Origin: an uncultured Candidatus Rokubacteria bacterium
GTDB taxonomy: Bacteria; Methylomirabilota; Methylomirabilia; Rokubacteriales; CSP1-6
Reading direction: 5' to 3'
Length of the DNA: 64,000 bases
Assembly (NCBI GenBank): GCA_963747235.1
Contig: CAVVEU010000008.1
Coordinates: 480,001-544,000, forward strand
Shown here: one piece after another, positions 32,940 through 46,436 of the stretch
How positions within the stretch are numbered: the stretch's first letter is position 1
Layout of the letters: each line of letters starts with the position of its first letter
Program-made: the position numbers and the translations under genes
The notes under the pieces: generated by a model
The model's input: the letters and a program-made list of their open reading frames with translations, nothing else
What the model was told of the DNA's origin: nothing
Databases searched by the model: none

Positions 32940-34216
32940 TCGCGCTGATCGCGGTGTCCTTCCTCGTCCTGCTCGCCCTGGGCGTGCCGGTGGCCTTCGT
33001 GATCGGGGTCTCCGGCTTCGTGGGCCTCTGGTGGAGCGGCCAGTATCCGCTCACCGTGGTCGTGAAGCAGATCTTCGAGGGCGTGGATTCGTTCGTGCTG
33101 CTCGCCATCCCCCTCTTCATCCTGGCGGGCGCCCTGATGGAGACCGGGGGCATCGCGGTCCGTCTCGTGCGGCTGGCCCAGGTGCTGGTGGGGTGGATCC
33201 GGGGCGGCCTCTCCATGGCGGTGGTGGTGGCCGAGTACATCTTCTCCGGGATCTCGGGCTCCACGGTGGCCGACGTCTCGGCGATCGGCTCCACCATGAT
33301 CCCGCCCATGCTGCGGGCCGGCTACCGGCCGGAGCAGGCGGTGGCGGTGGTCTCCGCGGCCTCCGCGATGGGCATCCTGGTGCCGCCCTGCATCCTGATG
33401 ATCGTCATCGGCTCGGTCGCCAACGTGTCGGTGGCCGCGCTGTTCGCGGCGGGCTTCGTGCCCGCGGTGGTCATCGCGCTGGCGATCATGGTCTACATCT
33501 GGTTCGACGCCCGCCGCAGCGGCATCGAGGCGCGGGAGCGCATCACCTGGGGCGCGGTGGGCCGCGCGTTCACCGACGCGGTGATCCCGCTCGGGCTGCC
33601 CGCCATCATCTTCGGCGGCATCCTCGGCGGGGTGGTGACGCCGACCGAGGCGGCGGTGCTCGCGGTGGTCTACGCCTTCATCGTGGGCGTCTTCGTGTAC
33701 CGCGAGATCGCCTGGAAGGACCTGCCGCGCATCCTGGTGCACAGCGCGGTGGTGACCGCCGCGGTGTGCTTCCTGCTCGGGACCGCGGCGGTGGTGGCGT
33801 GGGTGCTGGCGGTGGAGCAGATCCCGCAGCTCCTCCTGAAGGCGATGCTGGCGGTGCCGGGCGGGAACATCGTCTTCCTGGTCCTCACCGCGGTGCTCTT
33901 CATCCTGCTGGGCGCGGTGCTCGAGGGCCTGCCCGCGGTGGTCATCCTGCTGCCCACCTTCATGCCGGTGGTGACCAGGCTCGGGATCGACGTCATCCAC
34001 TACAGCACGGTGGTGGTCGCGGCCACCGGCATCGGCCTCTTCCTGCCCCCGATCGGGGTCGGCTTCTTCATCGCGTGCGGGATCGCCAACGTCCCCAGCG
34101 ACCGTGCGACCCCCGCGATGATGCCGTATGTCTACATGATGTGCGTGGGGTTGCTCGTCGTCATCCTCGTCCCATGGTTCACCCTGATTCTCCCGCGGCT
34201 GCTGGGGCTCGCCTGA
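32936..34216 (+). CDS. dctM: TRAP transporter large permease
   Basis: LLAIPLFILAG, ISGSTVAD, ILVPPCI, TPTEAA, LPPIG. Confidence 0.93.
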   Translation: MIALIAVSFLVLLALGVPVAFVIGVSGFVGLWWSGQYPLTVVVKQIFEGVDSFVLLAIPLFILAGALMETGGIAVRLVRLAQVLVGWIRGGLSMAVVVAEYIFSGISGSTVADVSAIGSTMIPPMLRAGYRPEQAVAVVSAASAMGILVPPCILMIVIGSVANVSVAALFAAGFVPAVVIALAIMVYIWFDARRSGIEARERITWGAVGRAFTDAVIPLGLPAIIFGGILGGVVTPTEAAVLAVVYAFIVGVFVYREIAWKDLPRILVHSAVVTAAVCFLLGTAAVVAWVLAVEQIPQLLLKAMLAVPGGNIVFLVLTAVLFILLGAVLEGLPAVVILLPTFMPVVTRLGIDVIHYSTVVVAATGIGLFLPPIGVGFFIACGIANVPSDRATPAMMPYVYMMCVGLLVVILVPWFTLILPRLLGLA

Positions 34217-34304
34217 TCTTGCGACCCGCGCCCGCGCCAGAGTAGGCTAGGGCGGCTCATGGGGCGGGCCCACGCGAGGCCCCCCACCAGACCAGGAGGC
34301 TGAC

Positions 34305-34664
34305 ATGCCCGAGCTGACCCGGCGATACATCGTCATGGCCATGGCAACCGAAGCGCCGTTCGACGTGCACGACCCCGAGGCGCCGTTCGTGCTCAAGCCG
34401 TGGAAGGACCCGGCGGCCCTCCGCGCGCTCGAGGCCTACCGGGACCACTGCTACCCGGAGCTGTCCGGCGACCTCACCGGCTGGATCCAGGCGATCAGGA
34501 CCGGCGCGCGGATCCGCGGGGGGGTGGGCGCTCGGAACGATGCCCATGCGGCCCCGCGGCCCAAGGCCCTTCGGTCCGCGCCGCCCGCGCGCCGGCCGGC
34601 TAAAGCTGTCAAGAAGAAAGTCGCCAAGAAGGCACGGAAAAAGAAGGGGAAACGGAGCAGGTGA
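34305..34664 (+). CDS. Hypothetical protein with Lys/Arg-rich C-terminal tail
   Basis: AGGAGG RBS; typical codon usage; tail AKAVKKKVAKKARKKKGKRSR. Confidence 0.7.
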   Translation: MPELTRRYIVMAMATEAPFDVHDPEAPFVLKPWKDPAALRALEAYRDHCYPELSGDLTGWIQAIRTGARIRGGVGARNDAHAAPRPKALRSAPPARRPAKAVKKKVAKKARKKKGKRSR

Positions 34665-35443
34665 GCTTCGCGGATCTCGAGCGTCTGGCGGATCTCGTCT
34701 CGGCTTCGAACCGTATCGTCGTCTTCACCGGCGCCGGGGTCAGCACCGAGTCCGGGATCCCGGACTTCCGGAGCCCGGGCGGGATCTGGGATCGCTTCGA
34801 TCCCAGCGAGTTCACCTTCCAGAACTTCATGGCGAGCGAGGGCGGCCGGCGCCGCTACTGGGAGCTCGGCCGCACCACCTTCCCGGTGATCCGCCGCGCC
34901 GAGCCCAACCCGGCGCATCACGCGCTGGTGAGCCTCTGGCGGCTCGGGAAGCTCGACTGCGTGATCACGCAGAACATCGACAATCTCCACCAGCGGGCCG
35001 GGCTCCCCGCGGATCGGGTGATCGAGCTGCACGGCAATGCCACCCGCGCCCGGTGCCTCACGTGCGAGCGCGCCTGGGATCGGGCGCGCGTGCAGGAGTG
35101 GCTGGACGCGGGCGTCGCGGTGCCGCTCTGCGATCCGCCGTGTGGCGGCATCATCAAGCCCCGCACCGTCATGTTCGGCGAGGCCATGCCCCGGCGCGAG
35201 ATGGAAGAGGCGGAGCGTCGCGCGCGGGCCGCGGACCTCTTCGTGGTCGTCGGTTCGTCCCTGGTCGTCTACCCCGCCGCGTACATGCCGCTCCACGCCA
35301 AGCACGCGGGCGCCACCCTGGCGATCGTGAACCTGACCGACACCCCGCACGACGGCCAGGCGGACCTGGTGATCCGGGGCAGCGCGGCCGCGGTGCTCGC
35401 CACGGTCACGGCCCCACTCGAGCCGCGGTCGGCCGCGCGGTGA
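34661..35443 (+). CDS. cobB: Sir2-family NAD-dependent protein deacylase
   Basis: TGAGVSTESGIPDFR, TQNIDNLH, ELHG, two Cys pairs, VGSSLVVYP. Confidence 0.92.
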   Translation: MSFADLERLADLVSASNRIVVFTGAGVSTESGIPDFRSPGGIWDRFDPSEFTFQNFMASEGGRRRYWELGRTTFPVIRRAEPNPAHHALVSLWRLGKLDCVITQNIDNLHQRAGLPADRVIELHGNATRARCLTCERAWDRARVQEWLDAGVAVPLCDPPCGGIIKPRTVMFGEAMPRREMEEAERRARAADLFVVVGSSLVVYPAAYMPLHAKHAGATLAIVNLTDTPHDGQADLVIRGSAAAVLATVTAPLEPRSAAR

Positions 35444-36213
35444 CCACGACCGCCGCCCTCGTCGAGCATCTCCTGAAGGGGCGGCTGGGTCGCGCCGCGG
35501 TGAGCCCGGTCGGCGAGCTCGCGCCGGACCTGAATCTCGAGCAGGCCTACGCGCTGCAGCGGCAGCTCGAGCAGGCGCTGGTCGGCCGTGGGGAGCGCGT
35601 GGTGGGCTACAAGGTGGGGTTCACCACCGCCGCGCTCCAGGAACGCCACGGCGTGACCGAGCCGGTGCTGGGCTTCATGCTCGCCTCCGGCGTCTTCGGC
35701 AGCGGCGACGCGGTGCCGCTCGCGCGCTTCTTCGCGGTCGGGGTCGAGGTCGAGATCGCGTTCCTGCTCAAGGCGGACCTGGCCGGTCCCGGCGTCACCC
35801 CCGCGTCCGCTCTGCTGGCGGTGGAGGGCGCCATGCCCTCCTTCGAGCTGATCGACTTCCGGCTGAGCGGCACGCCGCGCGGGATCGACGTCGTCGCCGA
35901 CGGGGTCTACACCAACGCCATCGTGCTCGGCCGCCCGCTCACCCCGGTGACCGGCATCGACCTGGCGCTCGAAGGCGTGGTCTTCGAGCAGGACGGCCAG
36001 ATCGTGGCCACCCAGACCGCGGCCGAGGTGCTGGGCAACCCGCTCGTCTCCCTCGCGTGGGCCGCGAATGCCCTGGGCAAGATGGGCCGCGGCCTCCACG
36101 CGGGCGACATCGTGCTCACCGGCTCGATCTCGAAAGTCCTGCGGCCCACGGCGGGGCAGTCGGTGCGGGCTTCGTTCACGCGGCTTGGGTCTGTGGGCTG
36201 TCGCTTCGCGTGA
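35440..36213 (+). CDS. 2-keto-4-pentenoate hydratase-like (FAH superfamily)
   Basis: AYALQ, GYKVGFT, VEVEIAF, ELID, VLGNP, GDIVLTGS. Confidence 0.87.
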   Translation: MTTTAALVEHLLKGRLGRAAVSPVGELAPDLNLEQAYALQRQLEQALVGRGERVVGYKVGFTTAALQERHGVTEPVLGFMLASGVFGSGDAVPLARFFAVGVEVEIAFLLKADLAGPGVTPASALLAVEGAMPSFELIDFRLSGTPRGIDVVADGVYTNAIVLGRPLTPVTGIDLALEGVVFEQDGQIVATQTAAEVLGNPLVSLAWAANALGKMGRGLHAGDIVLTGSISKVLRPTAGQSVRASFTRLGSVGCRFA

Positions 36214-36245
36214 GCCGGCTGGCGACGCGGAAGCTTCTCTCCATA

Positions 36246-36272
36246 TGCGGGGGCCCAGACATGGCCCCCGCA
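36246..36272. repeat. Intergenic GC hairpin (REP-like element or terminator)
   Basis: TGCGGGGGCC-CAGACAT-GGCCCCCGCA: perfect 10-bp stem. Confidence 0.55.
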
Positions 36273-36364
36273 CTCCCCCAATGGCGGGCACTCGGTCTCC
36301 TGCCGGGCATGCAGCCGGGCTCAACGCGCCGGTTTCTACAGCTCCGGCTCCTGCCGGCCTGAGC

Positions 36365-36971
36365 ATGCCCGCGCGGCCGCTCGACCTCGAGAGCCTGCGC
36401 CGCCTTCTGGACGTTGGGCTTGAGCCGGCGGCCGCGGGTGGCGCTGGACCGGAGCGATCTGGTGTCGGCGGCGGTGCTGGTGCCGGTGACGGATCACGAT
36501 GGGCCCCACGTGCTCTTCACCAAGAAGACGGCGGGCGTGCCGCATCACAAGGGCCAGTTCTCGTTTCCGGGCGGCGTCGTCGAGCAGCGGGACGGCTCGC
36601 GGGTGGAGACCGCGCTGCGCGAGGCGTGGGAGGAGATCCGCCTGCCCGCCGAGGCGGTGGAGGTGCTCGGGCTCCTCGACGACACGGAGACGCGCGCCAC
36701 CAACTTCATCATCACCCCGGTGGTCGGCATCGTCCGGGACCACGTGGACTTCGCCCCGGACGGCCGCGAGATCGAGCGCGTGCTGGAGGTGCCGCTCGCC
36801 ACGCTGCGCGACCCGGCCATCTTCCGCACCGAGATCTGGGAGCGCAACGGCGAGCCGCACCCGGTGCTGTTCTACCAGGTCTCGGCCGACGACGTGATCT
36901 GGGGCGCGACCGCCCGCATCCTGAGCCAGTTCCTCGATCTGCTCGACGAGCCCGGGGCGCCCGCGCGGTGA
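36365..36971 (+). CDS. Nudix CoA pyrophosphatase, frameshifted near 36420
   Basis: AAVLV, HHKGQFSFPGG, TALREAWEEI, VIWGATA. Confidence 0.87.
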
Positions 36972-37753
36972 GCGAGCCGCTGCTGCGTGGTTGACGTGGC
37001 GGAGGGCGTCGCCCGCGTCACGCTCAACCGGCCGGAGGTGCGGAACGCGCTCAACGCGGCCCTGCTCGGCGAGCTCGAATCGGCGTTGCGCCGGCTCGAG
37101 GACGATGAGGCGGCGCGGGTGATCGTCCTGCGCGGGGCGGGGGACCGCGCGTTCTGCGCGGGCGCCGATCTCAAGCACGTCGGCGATCGCGGGACCACGC
37201 TGCAGGCGCGCGAGTCCTTCGGCGGCCTCGCGCGCATCCTCGAGTCCATGGCGCGGATGCGGACGCCGGTCATCGCCCGGGTCCACGGCTACGCGCTGGC
37301 CGGCGGCTGCGGGCTCGCCGCGGGCTGCGGACATCGTGATCGCGTCGGACGACGCCGTCTTCGGCCTGCCCGAGATCAAGGTGGGCCTGCTCCCGCTGAT
37401 CGTGATGGCGCCGATCCTCCGCGCGGTCGGCCGCAAGCGCGGGATGCTCATGATCCTGAGCGGCGCGCCGGTCTCGGCGCGAGAGGCGCTCGAGATGGGC
37501 CTGGTGAGCCGGGTCGTGCCGCGCGCGGAGCTGGACACGGAGGTGGACGCGCTGGCCGCGGACCCTGGCCGGCTACTCGCCGACCGCGCTCGGGCTGGCC
37601 AAGGAGGCCGCCGCCACCGCGCCGGACATGGAGTACGGCGCGGCCCTCCGCTACCTGCGCGAGCTCATCACCCTGGTGGCGCTCTCCGACGACGCCCGCG
37701 AGGGCATCGCCGCCTTCTTCGAGAAGCGCCCCCCGCGTTTCACCGGGCGCTAG
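36968..37753 (+). CDS. Enoyl-CoA hydratase/isomerase, frameshifted
   Basis: LNRPEVRNAL, FCAGADL, GYALAGGCGL, FGLPEIKVG, DAREGIAAFFEKR. Confidence 0.87.
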
Positions 37754-37772
37754 CCATTCCTGCCGGCGCCGG

Positions 37773-37946
37773 GACCCCGGCCTCTGCGCCACCTGCGCGG
37801 AGGCGCGTCGCGTCGTGTCGGCGCGCGGGTCGGAGTTCTGGCGCTGCGCGCGCGCCGCCCGCGACCCGGCGTTTGCGAAGTATCCGCGTCTGCCCGTGCT
37901 ACGCTGTCCGGGATATCAGCCCGGGTCCCCGGAGGTCGAAGCGTGA
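37773..37946 (+). CDS. Small Cys-rich hypothetical protein (start codon not evident)
   Basis: DPGLCATCAEARRVVSARGSEFWRC...KYPRLPVLRCPGY; its stop overlaps the next GTG. Confidence 0.5.
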   Translation, partial: DPGLCATCAEARRVVSARGSEFWRCARAARDPAFAKYPRLPVLRCPGYQPGSPEVEA

Positions 37947-38635
37947 TCAAGATCATGTGGGCGGCCGTGTTGGGTGGTACCGGTCTCGTCCTCGCATGCA
38001 CCGTCGGGGGGCTCACCGCCGGGTCCGCGTGGGCCCAGCCGAAGGAGTTGCCGGCCCAGGTCGTGACGCTCGGCGGGCCCGCGGAGCTCCACAAGAAGGA
38101 CGCCCCCGCCTGGGGCCCCGCCGCGCTCCGCGACGAGCTGGGCGTGGGCGATAGCGTGCGCACGCAGGTGGGCGGGCGGATCACGCTCAAGACCGCCAGC
38201 GGGCAGGCGGTACGGCTCGGCTCACGCTCCCAGGTCGCCATTCTGGCGTCCGAGGTCGAGGCCGGTCCCACGCGGGTTCGCCTGGACAATGGCTGGCTCT
38301 GGGTTGCGGTGTCGCCCAATAGCCCGCCGCCCACCCAGATCGAGGTCCGCGCGGGTCCGGGAGTCGTCACCGTCCGCGGAGCAGGCGTGGGGCTTCGCCG
38401 TGCGGCCGACGGCGGCGTGCTCGTCCAGGTGCATCACGGGAGCGCAGTGTGCGCGGGGCCGGAGAAGCAGTGGGAGCGCACGCTGACCGGGCCGCAGGAG
38501 CTGCTGATTCCGGCGTCCGGCACGCCGGGGGCGCCCGTGCCGCTGACCGTCGACAAGCTCGAGATCACCTGGGTGAAGTGGAACGCGGACCAGGACCTCG
38601 CGGGCGGATACGGCGGCGCGAAGCCCGCGCCGTGA
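37943..38635 (+). CDS. Exported FecR-domain protein
   Basis: Signal peptide, LGVGDSVRT, VRLGSRS, LDNGWLW, VTVRG, VQVHHGS. Confidence 0.75.
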   Translation: MIKIMWAAVLGGTGLVLACTVGGLTAGSAWAQPKELPAQVVTLGGPAELHKKDAPAWGPAALRDELGVGDSVRTQVGGRITLKTASGQAVRLGSRSQVAILASEVEAGPTRVRLDNGWLWVAVSPNSPPPTQIEVRAGPGVVTVRGAGVGLRRAADGGVLVQVHHGSAVCAGPEKQWERTLTGPQELLIPASGTPGAPVPLTVDKLEITWVKWNADQDLAGGYGGAKPAP

Positions 38636-39504
38636 GCCTCGACGCCCTCGTCGTCGGCACCGCGCTGCCCGAGTACCGCGTCAGCGCCACCCCGACCCAC
38701 GATCCGTGGGAGAACAAGATCCACGAGGACGGGCTCGCCCGCGCGTTCGGGTTCCGGGGCGGCCTCGTCCCCGGCGTGACGGTCTACTCCTGGATGACCC
38801 ATCCGGTGGTGGCCGCGCTCGGCGGGGCGTGGCTCGACCACGGCACGTTCTCGGTGCGCTTCGCCAAGCCGGTCTACTTCGGCGAGACGGTGACGGTCCG
38901 GGCCAGCGTCGCGGCCCACTCGAAGGAAGAGGTCACCATCCAGACCCGCGTGGTGAACGAGCAGGACGAGGTGTGCGCGACCGCGACCATGGGCCTGCCC
39001 CTGGGCCCGCTGCTGCCGCTGCCGGACCCGGCGGCGTACCCGGCCGCCGCGCTGCCCGTGGAGCGCCCGCTCGCGAGCCGCGCCTACCTCGAGCAGCGCA
39101 CCGTGCTGGGCACCCCGCAGCTCATCCTCGAGCGCGCGGTGGCGGACGCGTTCCTCGACGAAGGTGAGCGAGAAGCTCTCCATGTACCGCGACGCCGACG
39201 GGCCCGCCCATCCCGGGATCTACCTCGAGCAGGCCAACCGCGCGCTCGACCGGAACGTGCGGGTCAGCCCGTGGATCCACGTGGAGAGCCACGGCCAGCA
39301 CCTGAGCGTGCCGCGCGTGCGCGAGCGGCTCGAGACGCGCGCCAAGGTGAAGAATCTCTTCCAGGGCAAGGGGCACGAGTTCGTGGAGCTGGACCTGCTC
39401 CTGCTGGCCGAGGGCGCCCGCGCGGTGGCCTCGATCCGCCACGTGGCCATCTACCAGCTCCGGACGTCGGCCCCGGACCTCGGCCCCGGACATCGGGTGA
39501 TCGG

Positions 39505-39508
<4 letters not shown>
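38632..39508 (+). CDS. Double hotdog-fold (MaoC-like) protein, frameshifted near 39165
   Basis: ENKIHEDGLARAFGFRGGLVPGV, VRFAKPVY; second half PWIHVES...KGHEFVELD...HVAIY. Confidence 0.7.
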
Positions 39509-40896
<1,388 letters not shown>

Positions 40897-41051
40897 TCCG
40901 CCCTGGCGCCGCCGCTATAGTCGCCGCGCCATAGTTCTGGATCCTCCGCAATACCCGGCTGCTCCCGCGGCTGCTCGCCGGCCGGCGTCCGTACTCCTCC
41001 AAGTAGCGGGAAATAATAAGCAAGCTCCCGCCTGATCCCGCCCCTTTCCAG

Positions 41052-41066
41052 TGGCACCGCCCTTGC
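41052..41066 (+). promoter_or_regulatory. sigma-54 (-24/-12) promoter
   Basis: TGGCAC-CGCCC-TTGC, about 50 nt before ATG 41116. Confidence 0.75.
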
Positions 41067-41115
41067 CCTCTGACGAGCAGGCAGTCGTATCAGCGAGTCG
41101 CGGAGGAGGGTTCAC

Positions 41116-41445
41116 ATGAGCACCGTCGAAGACGTATTGCCCTGGATCTCGAGCCTGGACATGGGGCCGCTTTCACGAGTGTCGTTGACCGGCGCGCTCG
41201 CCGGCCGCGCCGCCGAGCGGCCGACCCCCCGCGCGGTGGAGGCCCGCTCGCGGGTCGGCACCTGCTCGCTCCGCCAGATCGTGGGCGGCGCGGTGGCCGA
41301 TGCGGAGGGCGAGGCGATCCGTCGCGCGCTCACCGCCACGATCGGCAACAAGAGCCAGGCCGCGCGCCTGCTCCGGACCAACTACACGACGCTGCACGCG
41401 AAGATGAAGCGCTACGGCATCTCCGCCGCGGAGTTCCAGGCCTAG
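41116..41445 (+). CDS. Stand-alone Fis-type HTH protein, paralogous to the C-terminus of the upstream activator
   Basis: GGAGGAGG RBS; GNKSQAARLLRTNYTTLHAKMKRY. Confidence 0.8.
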   Translation: MSTVEDVLPWISSLDMGPLSRVSLTGALAGRAAERPTPRAVEARSRVGTCSLRQIVGGAVADAEGEAIRRALTATIGNKSQAARLLRTNYTTLHAKMKRYGISAAEFQA

Positions 41446-41457
41446 GGCCGACCGCCG

Positions 41458-43935
41458 ATGCCGACCCTCGGCTCCAGCGCCACCATCCCGCTCCTGTTCC
41501 TCGCGGGCGTGGTCGCCTCGGTGGGCGTGCACCAGGTTCGCCTCTGGCTCGGGCGCCGGCGTGATGCCCTCCATCTCTGGGTGGCCGCGTGGTGCGCCCT
41601 GACCCTGCTGGTTCTCGCCGGCCACTATCTGCAGACCGTCGCCGAAACGGCCGAGTGGGCCGAGCTGGGCGCCCGCCTGGCCTGGATGAGCTTGCTCTTC
41701 CTGATCGCGGTGATGATCGGACTCAATCACGCGCTCGCCGGCCGGCCGCTGCCCCGGGGGCTGCTGGCGGGCATCATCGGGGCCGACCTCGCCCTGGCCG
41801 CCTTCGTCTGGCTCGGCGACAGCTTCTTCAAGGCCGATGTGTACCTGCGGACCGATCGCCTGGACGCCACCTACTGGGCGCAGGCGGCGAGCCCGTTCAT
41901 GACCGTGCTGGTTCCGTGCCTCTTCGCGGTCTTCGCCTACTGCCTGGCCACGCTGTGGCGCGCCCGGGCCCTGCCGCGCGGCGAGCGTCGAGCGATCCTG
42001 GCCGGCTTCGGGGTCTACGTCGCGCTGGCGATCAACGATCTGCTGCACGCCGCGGGGGTCATCCAGAGCGTGCGCCTGTTCGACTACGCCTTCGTCGGGG
42101 TCGCGGTGGGCCTGCACTACCTGGTGGTCGCGCGGCTTCACCGGCTCTCCGCCGACCTGGAGGGCGCGCTGACGGACCAGACGCGCGAGCTCCAGGCGCG
42201 GCAGGAGGCGCTGGGCGCGCTGCTCCGCGCCGAGCGGGCGGTCCTGACCGAGACGGATCTCAAGTCCATGCTCGAGCAGATCGTGGCCGAGGCATCGCGG
42301 ATCGCGGGCACCCGGTACGTGAAGGTCCTCCTACTGGACGAGGAGCGTCAGATCCTTCGGATCGCCGCGACGGCCGGCGGCGTGGTGCCGGTGGGCCTCG
42401 AGCTGCCGCTCCATGGCAGCTACTCCGGGACGGTGGCCTGCACCGGCGAGGTCTTCTTCTCGGCGGATACCCCGAACGATCCGAACAACTTCCTGGCCGT
42501 GGAGGATCGGGCGGCCGGCATCCTCACCTACCTGGGCCTGCCCATCAAGGCCCGGGACCGGGTGCTCGGCGTGCTCACGCTCAACACCGAGACGCCGCGC
42601 CGCTACGTCGACGAGGAGATCGCCTACCTCGCATCCTTCGCGGACCGGGCCGCGCTGGCCCTCGAGCACGTGCGCCTGCGCGACGATCTCGAGGAGCGGC
42701 TCTACCGGACCGACGCCGTCACGGCCCTGAATCGCCTCATCACGAGCTCGCTGGACCTCGACCGGATCCTGGACGAGATCACGCGCGCGGCCGCCCGCCT
42801 CATGAAGGCGGATCTGGTCGTCGTGTACACCGCCGACGAGGCCCGCCAGGCCCTGGAAGCGCGCGCCATCTCCGATCCCACCCTCTGGGTGGAATACCCG
42901 CACCGGCTGATGCGCTTCGACGAGGGCGCGGTGGGCGAGGCGATCCGCAGCCGGCGCACGATCCACGTGGCGGATCTGGACGCGGATCCGCGTACGCGCG
43001 CCGGCGGCTGGTTCCGGGACCACGGGCTCCGGAGCGGGATCGCGGTGCCGATCCTCCACGGCGACACCGCGATCGGCGTGCTCGCCATCGCGTCCCGGAC
43101 CGTGTTCGCGGGCCGGCCCGAGGACGACACCCTGCTCCAGGGCTTCGTGGACCAGGCCGCCATCGCCATCACCCACGCCCGCCTCTACGCGGCGGGCCAG
43201 GCCCGCATCCAGCGCCTGCACACCGTGACCCGGCTGAACCGGCTCGTCTCGAGCAGTCTCGACCTCGACCACGTGCTCCACGAGATCACGGCCGCGGCGG
43301 CTCAGCTCGCGGGAACGGCGGCGGCCTGCTTCTGGGTCGCGAGCCCGGACACGCGCACCCTGCGGCTGGTGGCGTTCTCCGATCCGCTGATGGCGGCGGA
43401 CTGGCCGGTGCCGAGCCTGCCCTTCGACGTGGGCGTGCTCGGCTGGGTCGCCCGCTACGCCCGCGTGGTCAACGTGCCCGACGTCTTCAGCGACGGCCGC
43501 TTCGTGGCGCTCGACTGGTGGCGGACTCACGGGCTCAAGAGCTTCTTCGGCCTCCCGGTCATGCTGGAGGGGACCCTCCTCGGGGTCCTCGCCCTCAACG
43601 GCCGCGAGCCGTTTCACTTCGACGCCGACGACGAGCGCCTCCTGGACGCCTTCGTGGACCAGGCCGCGGTCGCGATCCGCAATGCCTCCCTGTTCGCGGC
43701 GGAGGGCGCCGCGCGCCGGGCCGCCGAGCAGGCGCTCGCGGAGGTGAAGGCGCTGCGCGGCCTGCTGCCGATCTGTTCCTACTGCAAGAAGGTACGCAAC
43801 GACGGGAACTACTGGGAGCAGATCGAGACCTATGTCAGCCAGCACTCCGAGGCGCAGTTCAGCCACAGCATCTGTCCGGACTGCCGCGAGGGCGTGGTGA
43901 AGGACCAGCTCGATCGCTGGCGGGGAAGCCTGTGA
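41458..43935 (+). CDS. Multi-TM sensor with three GAF domains and a C-terminal Cys/His-rich domain; no kinase domain
   Basis: About seven hydrophobic helices, three GAF repeats (SSLDLD...QAAIAI), ending LLPICSYCKKVR...W...FSHSICPDC. Confidence 0.85.
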   Translation: MPTLGSSATIPLLFLAGVVASVGVHQVRLWLGRRRDALHLWVAAWCALTLLVLAGHYLQTVAETAEWAELGARLAWMSLLFLIAVMIGLNHALAGRPLPRGLLAGIIGADLALAAFVWLGDSFFKADVYLRTDRLDATYWAQAASPFMTVLVPCLFAVFAYCLATLWRARALPRGERRAILAGFGVYVALAINDLLHAAGVIQSVRLFDYAFVGVAVGLHYLVVARLHRLSADLEGALTDQTRELQARQEALGALLRAERAVLTETDLKSMLEQIVAEASRIAGTRYVKVLLLDEERQILRIAATAGGVVPVGLELPLHGSYSGTVACTGEVFFSADTPNDPNNFLAVEDRAAGILTYLGLPIKARDRVLGVLTLNTETPRRYVDEEIAYLASFADRAALALEHVRLRDDLEERLYRTDAVTALNRLITSSLDLDRILDEITRAAARLMKADLVVVYTADEARQALEARAISDPTLWVEYPHRLMRFDEGAVGEAIRSRRTIHVADLDADPRTRAGGWFRDHGLRSGIAVPILHGDTAIGVLAIASRTVFAGRPEDDTLLQGFVDQAAIAITHARLYAAGQARIQRLHTVTRLNRLVSSSLDLDHVLHEITAAAAQLAGTAAACFWVASPDTRTLRLVAFSDPLMAADWPVPSLPFDVGVLGWVARYARVVNVPDVFSDGRFVALDWWRTHGLKSFFGLPVMLEGTLLGVLALNGREPFHFDADDERLLDAFVDQAAVAIRNASLFAAEGAARRAAEQALAEVKALRGLLPICSYCKKVRNDGNYWEQIETYVSQHSEAQFSHSICPDCREGVVKDQLDRWRGSL

Positions 43936-43955
43936 GCCGCGCCGGGCGGGGCAAC

Positions 43956-46427
<2,472 letters not shown>

Positions 46428-46436
46428 CCTCGGGAC

